The translations under genes and the position numbers were made by a program. Shown here in pieces: positions 22,169 through 31,832 of a stretch of 64,000 nucleotides of DNA. Every line of letters starts with the position of its first letter. Positions within the stretch are counted from its first letter, which is position 1. The stretch is from Rhodothermales bacterium (lineage in GTDB: Bacteria; Bacteroidota; Rhodothermia; Rhodothermales; Bin80): NCBI GenBank assembly GCA_965207385.1, contig CBDBLZ010000021.1, forward strand, positions 641,205 through 705,204, written 5' to 3'. The notes under the pieces are model-generated. The model ran no database searches, was not told the origin of the DNA, and saw nothing but the letters and a program-made list of their open reading frames with translations.

Positions 22169-22675
22169 GTGAGTAGACCCGCATCTCGGACGCCGTTGAT
22201 AATGGAATGGGTCAGTTACGCTGTCCTATTGGTTACCATTGTCATGTTCGCTTGGACGGTTTTCGGACCGCCAGAACCCACACCGTATGTCGACGTTGGC
22301 GATAGCATTCAGGCCGTGAAAGGTATGGAAGGGGAGTGGCCGGGCGAAAGCCTGTTGTTGGTTTTGTCCCCGACGTGTTCTTTCTGCACGGGAAGCCTGC
22401 CGTTCTATAAGCAGTTGGTGGATCAGAGAGAGAGGGAGGTGAACATAATTGTTGCTATAGATACCAGTGCGTCTGCAACTTTGCAGCGGCGTCTACTCGG
22501 GCAAGCAGGGGTAGCTCCGGATACGACGATCGTAATTCCTACGGTAGACGATAGGGTTGTGTATGTCCCAACAATTATTCACGTAGATCAAGGAGCGATG
22601 GCAAAGAGAGTGTGGGTTGGCCAGTTGAATGGCGAACAGGAAGAAGAAGTACTGTCGATTGTACGAATGAAGTAG
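22169..22675 (+). CDS. membrane-anchored thioredoxin-fold thiol:disulfide oxidoreductase (TlpA/ResA-like, CSFC), cassette 2
   Basis: TM WVSYAVLLVTIVMFAWTVF. LLLVLSPTCSFCTGSLPFYKQL carries the CxxC. YVPTIIHV is a cis-Pro-like strand. GTG start lies 2 nt after the propeller stop. Confidence 0.65.
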   Translation: MSRPASRTPLIMEWVSYAVLLVTIVMFAWTVFGPPEPTPYVDVGDSIQAVKGMEGEWPGESLLLVLSPTCSFCTGSLPFYKQLVDQREREVNIIVAIDTSASATLQRRLLGQAGVAPDTTIVIPTVDDRVVYVPTIIHVDQGAMAKRVWVGQLNGEQEEEVLSIVRMK

Positions 22676-23002
22676 CGCAATTGCGGAGCAATGGTCGCAA
22701 TACGTAAGGAAAACGGGCCGAGTACAGGGTGGAAATTCGCGCGATATAGCGGTTGAAGCCAGCCATACCATTTGCGGGGCCGGCCGGTCACTCGCGCGGG
22801 GGCACGGGTGGAGGATCAGCACCGGCGTAAATGGATAGGGCGACCGGCGACGTTTTGGACTTACGCCGGCGAGAGACTAGTAGTACGGGGACTCGAGGTC
22901 TGCTCTAAAGTGGATCGGCCGTTTGTTCGGTCAGTTCACAAGCGAGATGGTATGGGGGTACGCCATTGGGCGCATATTCTCTCTTCTGACCTGCTAGCCG
23001 AA

Positions 23003-24844
23003 CTACCAGCCGATGCCGTAGTCCTCGCCATGGTGGCTGGCGCCGCCCCACATAGTGCCGTGTTCCCGGTCAAAATAGATGGCCGTGATGGGGCCCGAGG
23101 TTCGATCGCTGAACGTAAGCCTGTATCCCATTTCACGGAGGCTTCGACGCACCCAAGGTGGTGTGTCGTCCTGCAACAGGAGCCGACCCGGCTGCACCTC
23201 ATGCTGTCCGAAGGACCCGCGCATCTGAAAGCTGTTGATATTGGCTGCCTCGACGGCTTCCTGTACATTCATGCCGAATTCCACCACGTTCAGGAAAAAC
23301 TGAACGAGATTCTGGTCTTGGCTGTCACCGCCCTGGACAGCAAATGACAGGTATGGCCGTCCGTCCTTGAGCGCCATGCCCGGCGTGAGTGTCGCGCGTG
23401 GCCGTTTGCCTGGTTCAGCGACGTTGTACGGGTTCTCCGCCGGATCTAGAACAAAACTCTGCATTCGCTGACTGAGACCGATTCCGGTACGGCCCGCTAT
23501 GGTGGCCGGTATCCATCCCCCGCTCGGCGTGACCGAAACAACCCAGCCTTCAGCGTCTGCAGCCTGGATGGACGTCGTTCCCGCGTAGAAATCCTCCTGG
23601 TATGCCTCGTCAAATACGGAGGCGGAAGCGCTGTCGCCCCATTTCTCCAGGTAGTGCAAAAAGGGGTTCTCGCCACCCTGAAACGGGTAAGGGTCCCCAG
23701 GCTTGGCCGCCGCGTCGTTCTGCTCCCAATCGATACCCTTGATTCGCTCCTTCGCATACTCCTTGGAAAGCAGACCCCGGAGCGGCTCTTCCGGCGGGAA
23801 GTATGGATCCCCGTAATAGAAGTCACGGTCTGCGAAAGCGAGATTCATCACCTGGTACAGGGCATGGATATACCGGGCGCTGTTGTATCCCATAGCCTGC
23901 AGGTCAAAGGGTTCCAGCATGTTCAGGGCCTGCAGCATCACTGGACCCTGTACCCAATGCGTAAGCTTGTAGACTTCAATATCGTTGTAGGTGGTCGTTA
24001 CGGGTTCTTCGATGTGGACTTGCCATTGGTCCAGATCTTCCATGGTCAGGAGGCCGCCCTGCTCTTGGGTGCCGCGGACGATCTCCTCTGCAATATCTCC
24101 ACGGTAGAATCGGTCGTATGCCGCGTAAATGGCTTCCTTGCGGCTCTTGCCTTCAGCAAGCGCCGCTTCCTCCGCCTCGATGAGTTGGCGCAGGGTACGT
24201 GCGAGGTCAAGCTGCCTGAAAATCTCGCCGGGCTTCGGGGCCTCGTATTCCTCGCCAAAGTGCGGCAGCAGGACAGCGCGCGAGTACGGCCACTCCTTTA
24301 TCCTTTCCTTGTTCTGCTCAATGCTGCGCGAGGCTTCCGCCTCAATGGGATACCCTTCTGCCATCTGCAGAGACGGTTCAAGCACGTCCTTGAGACTGAG
24401 CGTGCCAAATTCCGCAAGCATCACCATGAGAGCCCCCGGCGTACCGGGTGTCACGGCAGCCAACGGGCCGAATTCGGGCGGGTACCGGAGACCTTGCTCC
24501 GCGAAAAATGCGGCGGTAGCCCCGGTCGGCGCCACACCAAGACCGTTGATTCCGATTACCCTGTTCTCGCCGGGATGGTAGATCAATGCCTGCGTTTCCC
24601 CGCCCCAACTGAGCACATCCCACATGGTGGACGTGGCGCCGAGCATGGCGCAGGCGGCGTCGACCGCGTTGCCGCCCTTGGCGAACATGAGTGCGCCTGC
24701 GGTGGCGCCGAGCGGCTTGCCCGTTATCGCTACCCAGTGCTTGGCATGCAATACAGGCTTAGCGGTCTGCTGCGCCCGCGACGGCGCCGCAAGAGCAATC
24801 GCCAGGCCGAGCAGAACGGCGGGTGTAATCTTAAGTGGCGGCAT
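23003..24844 (-). CDS. ggt: gamma-glutamyltransferase family protein
   Basis: Signal MPPLKITPAVLLGLAIALAAPSRAQQ. GNAVDAACA..TPGTPGALMVM and autoprocessing-site-like AGTTSIQAAD. Confidence 0.85.
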   Translation of the reverse strand: MPPLKITPAVLLGLAIALAAPSRAQQTAKPVLHAKHWVAITGKPLGATAGALMFAKGGNAVDAACAMLGATSTMWDVLSWGGETQALIYHPGENRVIGINGLGVAPTGATAAFFAEQGLRYPPEFGPLAAVTPGTPGALMVMLAEFGTLSLKDVLEPSLQMAEGYPIEAEASRSIEQNKERIKEWPYSRAVLLPHFGEEYEAPKPGEIFRQLDLARTLRQLIEAEEAALAEGKSRKEAIYAAYDRFYRGDIAEEIVRGTQEQGGLLTMEDLDQWQVHIEEPVTTTYNDIEVYKLTHWVQGPVMLQALNMLEPFDLQAMGYNSARYIHALYQVMNLAFADRDFYYGDPYFPPEEPLRGLLSKEYAKERIKGIDWEQNDAAAKPGDPYPFQGGENPFLHYLEKWGDSASASVFDEAYQEDFYAGTTSIQAADAEGWVVSVTPSGGWIPATIAGRTGIGLSQRMQSFVLDPAENPYNVAEPGKRPRATLTPGMALKDGRPYLSFAVQGGDSQDQNLVQFFLNVVEFGMNVQEAVEAANINSFQMRGSFGQHEVQPGRLLLQDDTPPWVRRSLREMGYRLTFSDRTSGPITAIYFDREHGTMWGGASHHGEDYGIGW

Positions 24845-24885
24845 GGATTAATTCGTGCTTTACACGGTGTTCAACGAGTAAGTCC

Positions 24886-26160
24886 TCACAGCGTGCGACG
24901 CAGGGCATCACTGCTGTCCAGATCTTCCAGTATGTGACCCATCCGGTCCCGTTTGGTCTGCAGATAGGACCGGTTGCATTTGTTTGCGGGCATTTCAATC
25001 GGGACCCGTTCAACGATCTCAAGTCCGTAACCGTGCAGTCCTATGCGCTTGGTTGGATTGTTGGTCATCAATCGCAGTTTCCTGATTCCCAGAGAGCGCA
25101 GTATCTGACAGCCAATGCCGTAGTCGCGGTGGTCCATGCGGAATCCCAGGGCTTCGTTGGCCTCGACGGTATCCAGGCCTTTCTCCTGCAGTTCGTAGGC
25201 CCGAAGCTTGTTAAGCAGCCCGATTCCCCGTCCTTCCTGCTTCATGTAGAGCACCACGCCCTGGCCATTATTGCTCACGCTTTCCATGGCGGTCCGGAGC
25301 TGCTCCCCGCAGTCGCATCGCTGGGATCCAAAGATATCTCCGGTGACGCATTGGGAGTGAACGCGCGTGAGGACGGGCTCCTCCTCGGTCCACGTGCCCT
25401 TGTAAAGGGCAAGGTGCACTTCACCGGCCAGACTGTCTTCGAAAGCGGCCAGGCTGAACTCGCCATACCGGGTGGGAAGCGTTACGTCGGCAACCTGCCG
25501 GATGAGCGTTTCATGCTGCATCCGGTAAGCGATGAGGTCGCTGATGGTGATGATGCGCATGTCGAAGCGCCGAGCGATCTTCATCAGCTCGGGCACGCGG
25601 GCCATGCTGCCATCCTCATTGAGAATTTCAACGAGAACACCTACGGACTTCAGCCCGGCAAGTGTTGCCAGGTCAACCGCAGCTTCCGTGTGGCCGGCCC
25701 GGCGAAGGGTACCGCCGCGCTGGGCCCTGAGGGGAAATACGTGCCCCGGGCGTGCAAAGTCCTCCGGGGCCGAAGCGGCGTCGGCCAGAGCCCGTATGGT
25801 CCGGGCACGATCGGCAGCACTGATGCCGGTCGTCGTGTTCCGCCGGTAGTCCACCGAGACTGTGAACGCCGTGTTGTAGAGTCCAGTGTTAGCTTCAACC
25901 ATCATTTCAAGACCAAGCGAATCCGTTCTTTCCTTGGTCATCGGGACGCAAATGAGTCCCCGGCCGAAGGTTGCCATGAAATTGACCAGGTCGGCTGTGA
26001 TGGTCTCGGCCGCTCCAATGAAGTCGCCTTCGTTTTCACGGTCCTCGTCGTCGGTTACGACGACCAGGCGGCCGCTGCGGATTTCGGCCACGGCATCTTC
26101 GACCGAATCGAAGCGGAAGGATGGGTGACCGGAATCCATGCTCCCGGGATTGTGCGGCAC
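24886..26160 (-). CDS. ribBA: bifunctional 3,4-dihydroxy-2-butanone-4-phosphate synthase / GTP cyclohydrolase II
   Basis: VVVTDDEDRENEGDFI..RPGHVFPL..HSQCVTGDIFGSQRCDCG..EGRGIGLLNKLRAYELQ. Confidence 0.95.
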   Translation of the reverse strand: MPHNPGSMDSGHPSFRFDSVEDAVAEIRSGRLVVVTDDEDRENEGDFIGAAETITADLVNFMATFGRGLICVPMTKERTDSLGLEMMVEANTGLYNTAFTVSVDYRRNTTTGISAADRARTIRALADAASAPEDFARPGHVFPLRAQRGGTLRRAGHTEAAVDLATLAGLKSVGVLVEILNEDGSMARVPELMKIARRFDMRIITISDLIAYRMQHETLIRQVADVTLPTRYGEFSLAAFEDSLAGEVHLALYKGTWTEEEPVLTRVHSQCVTGDIFGSQRCDCGEQLRTAMESVSNNGQGVVLYMKQEGRGIGLLNKLRAYELQEKGLDTVEANEALGFRMDHRDYGIGCQILRSLGIRKLRLMTNNPTKRIGLHGYGLEIVERVPIEMPANKCNRSYLQTKRDRMGHILEDLDSSDALRRTL

Positions 26161-26170
26161 CGGTAGGGTG

Positions 26171-26482
26171 TTACTTCGGCGTCACGTTGGCGATGGCGCT
26201 CTTCTCGACGCGAAGCTTTACGTTGGTGGCAACTTCCATGAGCACACTTGCATCGTCAACCTTGGTCACGATGCCGTGGATGCCACCTGCGGTTACAACC
26301 TTGTCGTCCTTGCGCACCGCTGCGATCATAGCCTTGCGCTTGTCCTCGCGTTTCTTTTGCGGGCGTATGATGAAAAGGTAGAAGACAATGAAGATGAGTA
26401 CTAGCGGAACCAGCATTCCGAAAGGGCCAAAGGTTCCACCTTCAGCTTGCTGTGCCGCCGCCATTACGGGCAATAGTTTCAT
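26171..26482 (-). CDS. yajC: preprotein translocase subunit YajC
   Basis: LVLIFIVFYLFIIRPQKKREDKRKAMIAAVRKDDKVVTAGGIHGIVTKVDD. Confidence 0.9.
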   Translation of the reverse strand: MKLLPVMAAAQQAEGGTFGPFGMLVPLVLIFIVFYLFIIRPQKKREDKRKAMIAAVRKDDKVVTAGGIHGIVTKVDDASVLMEVATNVKLRVEKSAIANVTPK

Positions 26483-26760
26483 GAGAATAGGTCAGGCTTT
26501 TCGGCTGGCATGGAAAATACGATCAGACCGCCTTAGGCGCAGCTACGGGAGAATTGGGTAACAGCAGCTGAAAGGGCCAAGTGTGTCGGGTACTTGGAGA
26601 AACGTGGCCAAAATAAAGAAGGGCAAGCTCCCCGCATCGCGTCGCTGCAACCTCCTACCGCTGCTGCCTTCCGGCCCTGACGGGGTTCAGAGGGAGCTGA
26701 CCGCACGGGACTTACCCTTCTTTTCACATCAACAGGGACCACTTGGGGCAGTTCCCGGAG

Positions 26761-29211
26761 CTAGTCGAGTCCCATTGGATCCACGTTTGCCGAAATGCGG
26801 TATCCGGCGGGAGGGCGCCCGAATGCCTCCAGAGCACCGCGGACGGTGCGCGAAAGGCTGGATTCAGTCTTGGGGGCTTTCAGCAACGCCTGGTACCGGT
26901 ACTGCTTCTTGATGCGCGCCACGTATGCTGATCCGGGACCGAGAACGTCTACCGAGCGCGGCAACTCCCTTTTGAGCACATTCGTGCATTCATGGGCAAG
27001 CCGGGCCACGCGCGCCTCTTCCGGCCCCTTGAACTCCATGGCTACCAAGCGCCCGAAGGGCGGGTAGCGGAGCGCGCGGCGTTCCTCCAGGGCAACTTTC
27101 GAAAAGCCGACATAATCGTGTGACAGCAGGTAATGAAATACCGGGTGATCCGGGCGATAAGTCTGCAGCAGGACCTCGCCCTTCAGCTCAGCGCGTCCAG
27201 CGCGTCCGGCTACCTGCATCAGGAGCTGAAAAGTGCGCTCCTCCGCGCGGTAGTCTGGCAGGTGCATGCCCACGTCGGCGCCCACAACGCCGACGAGCGT
27301 GACCCGGCGGAAGTCCAGGCCCTTGGCGACCATCTGTGTTCCAACCAGGATGTCGGCGTCACCCCTTCCGAATCGGTCCAGTATTCTGGTGTGGGCATCC
27401 TTTTGATGGGTGGTGTCCAGATCCATCCGCACGACGCGAGCCTCGGGCAGCATTTCAGCCAGCTCTTCTTCCACTCGCTGGGTACCGGCCCCGCGCTGTT
27501 CCATCTCGGTCGCGGAACACTTCGGGCAAATGGCAAGGGGCTTGCGCGTACCGCCACAGAAATGACATCGGAGCTGCAAGCGCACCTTGTGATACGTAAG
27601 CGTTACGGAGCAGTCGCGGCAGGTTGGCACGAAGCCGCAGTTGCCGCACTGCATGACCGGCGCATAGCCTCTGCGATTCTGCAGCAGGATGATCTGTTCC
27701 CCGCGTGATAGTCGCGTCCTGATGGCCTCGCGCAGGGGCTCCGAGACAGCGCCGTGCAGGCGGTGCTTTTTGCTCTCCAGCGTCAGGTCAATAATGCGAA
27801 CATCCGGCAACGAGGCCAACATGGGTCCGCTAACCGGTACCCTCTCCGGCATCTCCAGCAGCTTGTATTTGCCGGAGGATGCATTGTTGAGGCTTTCCAG
27901 GCTAGGCGTGGCGGAGCCAAGCACGCAAACAGCGTCCTGCATGCGCGCACGCATAACCGCCACATCCCTTGCATTGTATCGGGGGGCGGGTTCCTGCTGC
28001 TTGTACGAGGCCTCCTGCTCTTCATCTACGACGAAAAGTCCAACGTTTGCCAAGGGTGCCAGCACGGCGGACCGAGGACCGATTGCAATACTGTAGCGCC
28101 CCTGCCTGAGGTGTCTCCATGCATCATAGCGTTCGCCAAGGCTCATGCGCGAGTGGAGCACGGCAACCCTGTTGCCAAACCGGTGCCGAAAGCGCCGGAC
28201 GGTCTGGGGCGTAAGGGCGATCTCCGGCACGAGAATAATGCCCGTCTTGCCACGCTCCAGCACGCGGGCAAGGGCTGCAATGTAGACTTCCGTTTTGCCA
28301 CTACCGGTCACACCGTGGAGCAAGAAGGTCTGGAAAGCTCCGCGGTCCACAGCTTCCTCAATGCACGCAACCGCAGTCTTCTGAGACGGATGGAGCGACA
28401 CCGGAGCCGGTGCTCGCCCGGCGGAGAACTTCGGCAAGCGCGTGGCTTCAAGCCGAATGACTTCTATCAGTCCCTTCTTGGCCAGGCTGGCGGCGGAACT
28501 GTGGCTGGCATCCGCCCGGCGGAGGACTTGTCGGCGCGCAGGAGTATCGACACCTTCCTTGACGAAGGCATCCATGGCCGCGAGGATGGCTTTCTGTTTC
28601 GGCCCCCGCACGTCGTCATGTCCTTCGATACCCGCGACCAATCGAAGATGGTCTTCGAATCTTGGCCGTACTCTTGGTCCCCGCGCCGCAGATTCAATAC
28701 TGATCAATCCGGCACTTTCCAGGCGTCGCAGCAAGGCTATCGGCACATCCAGCCCCGCATTGCGCATGCCTGCACGCGTGGCTTCCGGGTGCCGTTTCAG
28801 GTACTGGAAGATCGGACCCGCCTTGGGATGGGCCTTGACCTGAATGTCCGGTTCGCCGGTGGCACGAATCGTGAGGACAACCTGGCTGTCGATGCCGCTT
28901 GGAAGCGCCGCCCGAATGGCCTCCCCCCATCCGCAAATGTAGTAGCTGGCAATCCATCTCGTAAGCCGCAGCAGGTCCCGGGTCAGCAATGGTGCTGCAT
29001 CCAGAACGTCAGAGATCGGCCGTAGTCGCAGCTTTTCGTCTGTCTCCGAACTCTTGTCGACGATGACGCCCGTGATGCGACGCCCGTGGAAGCCTACCTC
29101 AACGCGGCATCCGACATTTGCCACATCCCGGAGTTCTTCCGGGACCAGATAGGTGAATGTACGGGCGAGGGGAAGTGGCAGCGCAACGCGCACTGTCAAC
29201 GGAGGACCCAC
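26761..29211 (-). CDS. priA: primosomal protein N' (replication restart helicase)
   Basis: VRVALPLPLARTFTYLVP, Walker A HGVTGSGKTEVY, DEEQEASYKQ, and zinc motifs CGNCGFVPTCRDCSVTLTYH..CHFCG. GTG at 29211 avoids overlap with the upstream GNAT gene. The maximal ORF runs to 29346. Confidence 0.9.
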   Translation of the reverse strand: MGPPLTVRVALPLPLARTFTYLVPEELRDVANVGCRVEVGFHGRRITGVIVDKSSETDEKLRLRPISDVLDAAPLLTRDLLRLTRWIASYYICGWGEAIRAALPSGIDSQVVLTIRATGEPDIQVKAHPKAGPIFQYLKRHPEATRAGMRNAGLDVPIALLRRLESAGLISIESAARGPRVRPRFEDHLRLVAGIEGHDDVRGPKQKAILAAMDAFVKEGVDTPARRQVLRRADASHSSAASLAKKGLIEVIRLEATRLPKFSAGRAPAPVSLHPSQKTAVACIEEAVDRGAFQTFLLHGVTGSGKTEVYIAALARVLERGKTGIILVPEIALTPQTVRRFRHRFGNRVAVLHSRMSLGERYDAWRHLRQGRYSIAIGPRSAVLAPLANVGLFVVDEEQEASYKQQEPAPRYNARDVAVMRARMQDAVCVLGSATPSLESLNNASSGKYKLLEMPERVPVSGPMLASLPDVRIIDLTLESKKHRLHGAVSEPLREAIRTRLSRGEQIILLQNRRGYAPVMQCGNCGFVPTCRDCSVTLTYHKVRLQLRCHFCGGTRKPLAICPKCSATEMEQRGAGTQRVEEELAEMLPEARVVRMDLDTTHQKDAHTRILDRFGRGDADILVGTQMVAKGLDFRRVTLVGVVGADVGMHLPDYRAEERTFQLLMQVAGRAGRAELKGEVLLQTYRPDHPVFHYLLSHDYVGFSKVALEERRALRYPPFGRLVAMEFKGPEEARVARLAHECTNVLKRELPRSVDVLGPGSAYVARIKKQYRYQALLKAPKTESSLSRTVRGALEAFGRPPAGYRISANVDPMGLD

Positions 29212-29252
29212 TCGTAAGTCATGCTGGCGTGTGCCCGGGCGCTCCGCTACAG

Positions 29253-29939
29253 CTATTCCTTCTCCGGATCGTACAGCATGCCCGTGCAAAGACACATTTT
29301 CCGCTTCATGCGAGTAAGCACGTCGTAGTTGGGACAGCTCTGGCAACCCTCCCAGAACACGTCGTCCGACGTGAGCTCGGAAAATGTTACGGGCTTGTAA
29401 CCGAGCTCGGAGTTGATCTTCATTACGGCAAGGCTGGTGGTAATGCCGAACAGCTTCGCGTTCGGATACCGCTGGCGTGACAGCTCAAAGGCCCGCTTCT
29501 TGATGCGCTTGGCCAGTCCTCGCTTGCGGAAAGCCGGAGCCACGATCAGTCCGGAATTAACGGCGTACTTGCCGTGGCTCCACGTTTCGATATAGCAGAA
29601 ACCGGCCACTTCTTCACCGCACAGCGCAATGATGGCCTTGCCCTCTGCCATCTTCCGCCGGATATACTCGGGTTCGCGCTTGGCAATGCCCGTGCCGCGC
29701 GCCGAAGCGGCCTCCTCGATCAGCTTGCACACGGTGTCTGCAAACGTGTGGTGCTCTGGACCCGCAACGACCACTATAATATCTTCTGCCTGAGCGGTCG
29801 GCTCTGCTTCCGCAACGGCCGGTGCTGATGGTGCGTTCACGTTACACACGGTTGGAATGAAGTCCAAGTAAAAGCGTATTTGGGCCGGGAGTTTCGATGT
29901 TGCTTGAACCGATACCGGAATAGATGAAGGAATGTCCAT
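29253..29939 (-). CDS. GNAT family N-acetyltransferase
   Basis: LIVAPAFRKRGLAKRIKKRAFE is an acetyl-CoA-binding motif. C-terminal Cys cluster FWEGCQSCPNYDVLTRMKRKMCLCTG. The start is uncertain. Confidence 0.65.
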   Translation of the reverse strand: MDIPSSIPVSVQATSKLPAQIRFYLDFIPTVCNVNAPSAPAVAEAEPTAQAEDIIVVVAGPEHHTFADTVCKLIEEAASARGTGIAKREPEYIRRKMAEGKAIIALCGEEVAGFCYIETWSHGKYAVNSGLIVAPAFRKRGLAKRIKKRAFELSRQRYPNAKLFGITTSLAVMKINSELGYKPVTFSELTSDDVFWEGCQSCPNYDVLTRMKRKMCLCTGMLYDPEKE

Positions 29940-30093
29940 CTTGCGCGCTCGATGTTCCGCGCCAGGCAGAAGCTTGCCCCTACTGCCAATACGAGTTTCC
30001 AATGCAGAAGAGCTCTCGCTCCATCATGGCCATTGTCATGGCACTGCTGCTGGTCTGGCCGATCCTTGAGCTGCTGAAGCTGGTTTTTCGAAG

Positions 30094-31260
30094 ATGACGC
30101 CGCACGCATCCGTTTTCGGTGAGCTCTCTGTCCGGGAATTCCTGGGCGAATTCTGGCGCAAGCGGCCGCTGCTGGTTCGCGCCGCCTTGCCGGGACTCGC
30201 AACCGCGGTTTCACGTGAAGATTTGTTTGAGCTCTCTCGTCGGGAAGACGTTGCGGCGCGCATCGTGCTGGAGGAGGGCGGAGATTATCCATGGGAAGTG
30301 AGGTTTGGACCATTCGAGCGACGGGAGTTTGCGAAGTTGTCCTCCTCGCACTGGACCCTTCTGGTCCAGGAGGTGGATCGGCACAACGAATCGGCACAGC
30401 AACTCCTTTCCCGCTTCAGGTTCATGCCCAACTGGCGCCTGGATGATGTGCAGGTCAGTTACGCACCCGTGTCCGGAAGTGCTGGCCCGCATGTGGACAA
30501 CTATGATGTTTTCCTGATCCAGGGACAGGGACGCCGTAGATGGATGATCGGTCACGTTCCCGTGCCCCTGGACGCGGAGATTGCGAGTGACCTGGATCTT
30601 GACTTGCTCAAGGATTTTAAGCCCGATACCGAGTGGGTGCTGGAGCCGGGAGATATGCTGTACCTGCCACCGCGCTTCCCGCACTGGGGCGTTGCGCTTG
30701 GCCCGTGCATGACCTATTCGGTGGGATTCCGTGCGCCCGATGCCCGGACAATGGTGCAAGGCTATCTTGAGACCGCTTCCGAATCAGCCGGTCGCAGTTG
30801 CAGGCTCGAGGATGATGGAACGGACGTCAGCCTTGATCCCGGGTGCATTTCACCGGAGACTCTGAATCGGGTGCGTGGTATTGTGCGGAAAGCCGTAGAG
30901 GACCCAGAGGCTATTGATGACTGGTTTGGTTGCTTCGTGACAGAGCCGCAGCGAGGTTTCTATCCGGCGGAGCCCGATGTTGCCTGGACACCGTCGCGCA
31001 TAAGGCGTGCTCTAGGCCGCGGCCACCGTCTCGGTCGCAGTGCGATTGCCTATTTTGCCTACAGGCACGGACGCTCGGGCCCCGTTCTTTATGCCTGCGG
31101 CCAGCGGCACGACTTGTCCGAGGACATGGCGTCTACAGCTTCACTCCTTGCAGGCTCGCGCGTTCTGGATGCATCGACCTTCGGAGAACTCCTCGACAAT
31201 GCTCCATTCATGTCTTTGTTGGCAGACCTGGTAAATGACGGCTCACTTCGTGTTCTTTAG
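30094..31260 (+). CDS. cupin-4/JmjC-like oxygenase (ribosomal protein hydroxylase RoxA/YcfD-like)
   Basis: FLGEFWRKRPLLVR..GSAGPHVDNYDVFLIQGQGRRRW..GDMLYLPPRFPHWG. Confidence 0.7.
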   Translation: MTPHASVFGELSVREFLGEFWRKRPLLVRAALPGLATAVSREDLFELSRREDVAARIVLEEGGDYPWEVRFGPFERREFAKLSSSHWTLLVQEVDRHNESAQQLLSRFRFMPNWRLDDVQVSYAPVSGSAGPHVDNYDVFLIQGQGRRRWMIGHVPVPLDAEIASDLDLDLLKDFKPDTEWVLEPGDMLYLPPRFPHWGVALGPCMTYSVGFRAPDARTMVQGYLETASESAGRSCRLEDDGTDVSLDPGCISPETLNRVRGIVRKAVEDPEAIDDWFGCFVTEPQRGFYPAEPDVAWTPSRIRRALGRGHRLGRSAIAYFAYRHGRSGPVLYACGQRHDLSEDMASTASLLAGSRVLDASTFGELLDNAPFMSLLADLVNDGSLRVL

Positions 31261-31271
31261 CGGGACATGCC

Positions 31272-31832
31272 ATGACAAGTAGCTGGGATCGCGTGGGCTC
31301 TCGGCAGCGCGGTCAATACTCCATCTTTTCGGTTCGACACGACCGCAGCCGGTCGCCGAGAACAGGTAACATTCATGATTTTTATGTAATAGAAGCTCCG
31401 GATTGGGTGAACGTTATTCCCGTTACGCCGCACGGAAAGCTGGTGTGTCTGCGCCAGTATCGGCACGGGTCGCGCAGCATTTCGCTTGAAGTACCGGGAG
31501 GACTCATAGATGCCGATGAGACACCTGAGGAGGCCGCTTTGCGGGAAATGCGCGAAGAGACAGGCTATCGGGCTGACCAGGCTACGAGGATCGGGCGCAT
31601 GAGTCCCAATTCGGCCCTTTTCGGCAACCTGTGTCACTTCTTCGTTGCGTTAGACGTATTGCCGGATGGTGATCAGCGGCTGGACAGCGCCGAGGACATC
31701 GAGGTGGTTCTAATCGATCCTGGTGAAGTGCCGGGTCTCATTTTGGACGGTACCATCGATAATGGCATAATGGTGGCTGCCTTCCATTATTTTGAGTTGT
31801 ATTTGCGCGGGCCGCATAGTACTGGCACCTGA
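31272..31832 (+). CDS. NUDIX hydrolase (ADP-ribose pyrophosphatase-like)
   Basis: Nudix box EVPGGLIDADETPEEAALREMREETGY. Confidence 0.85.
   Translation: MTSSWDRVGSRQRGQYSIFSVRHDRSRSPRTGNIHDFYVIEAPDWVNVIPVTPHGKLVCLRQYRHGSRSISLEVPGGLIDADETPEEAALREMREETGYRADQATRIGRMSPNSALFGNLCHFFVALDVLPDGDQRLDSAEDIEVVLIDPGEVPGLILDGTIDNGIMVAAFHYFELYLRGPHSTGT

Noticed and set aside
22820-22875. Inverted repeat CCGGCGTAA..TTACGCCGG after cassette 2 as a rho-independent terminator.
   Set aside because: It is a 9-bp stem with a roughly 27-nt loop and no T-tract, so it is not a convincing intrinsic terminator.
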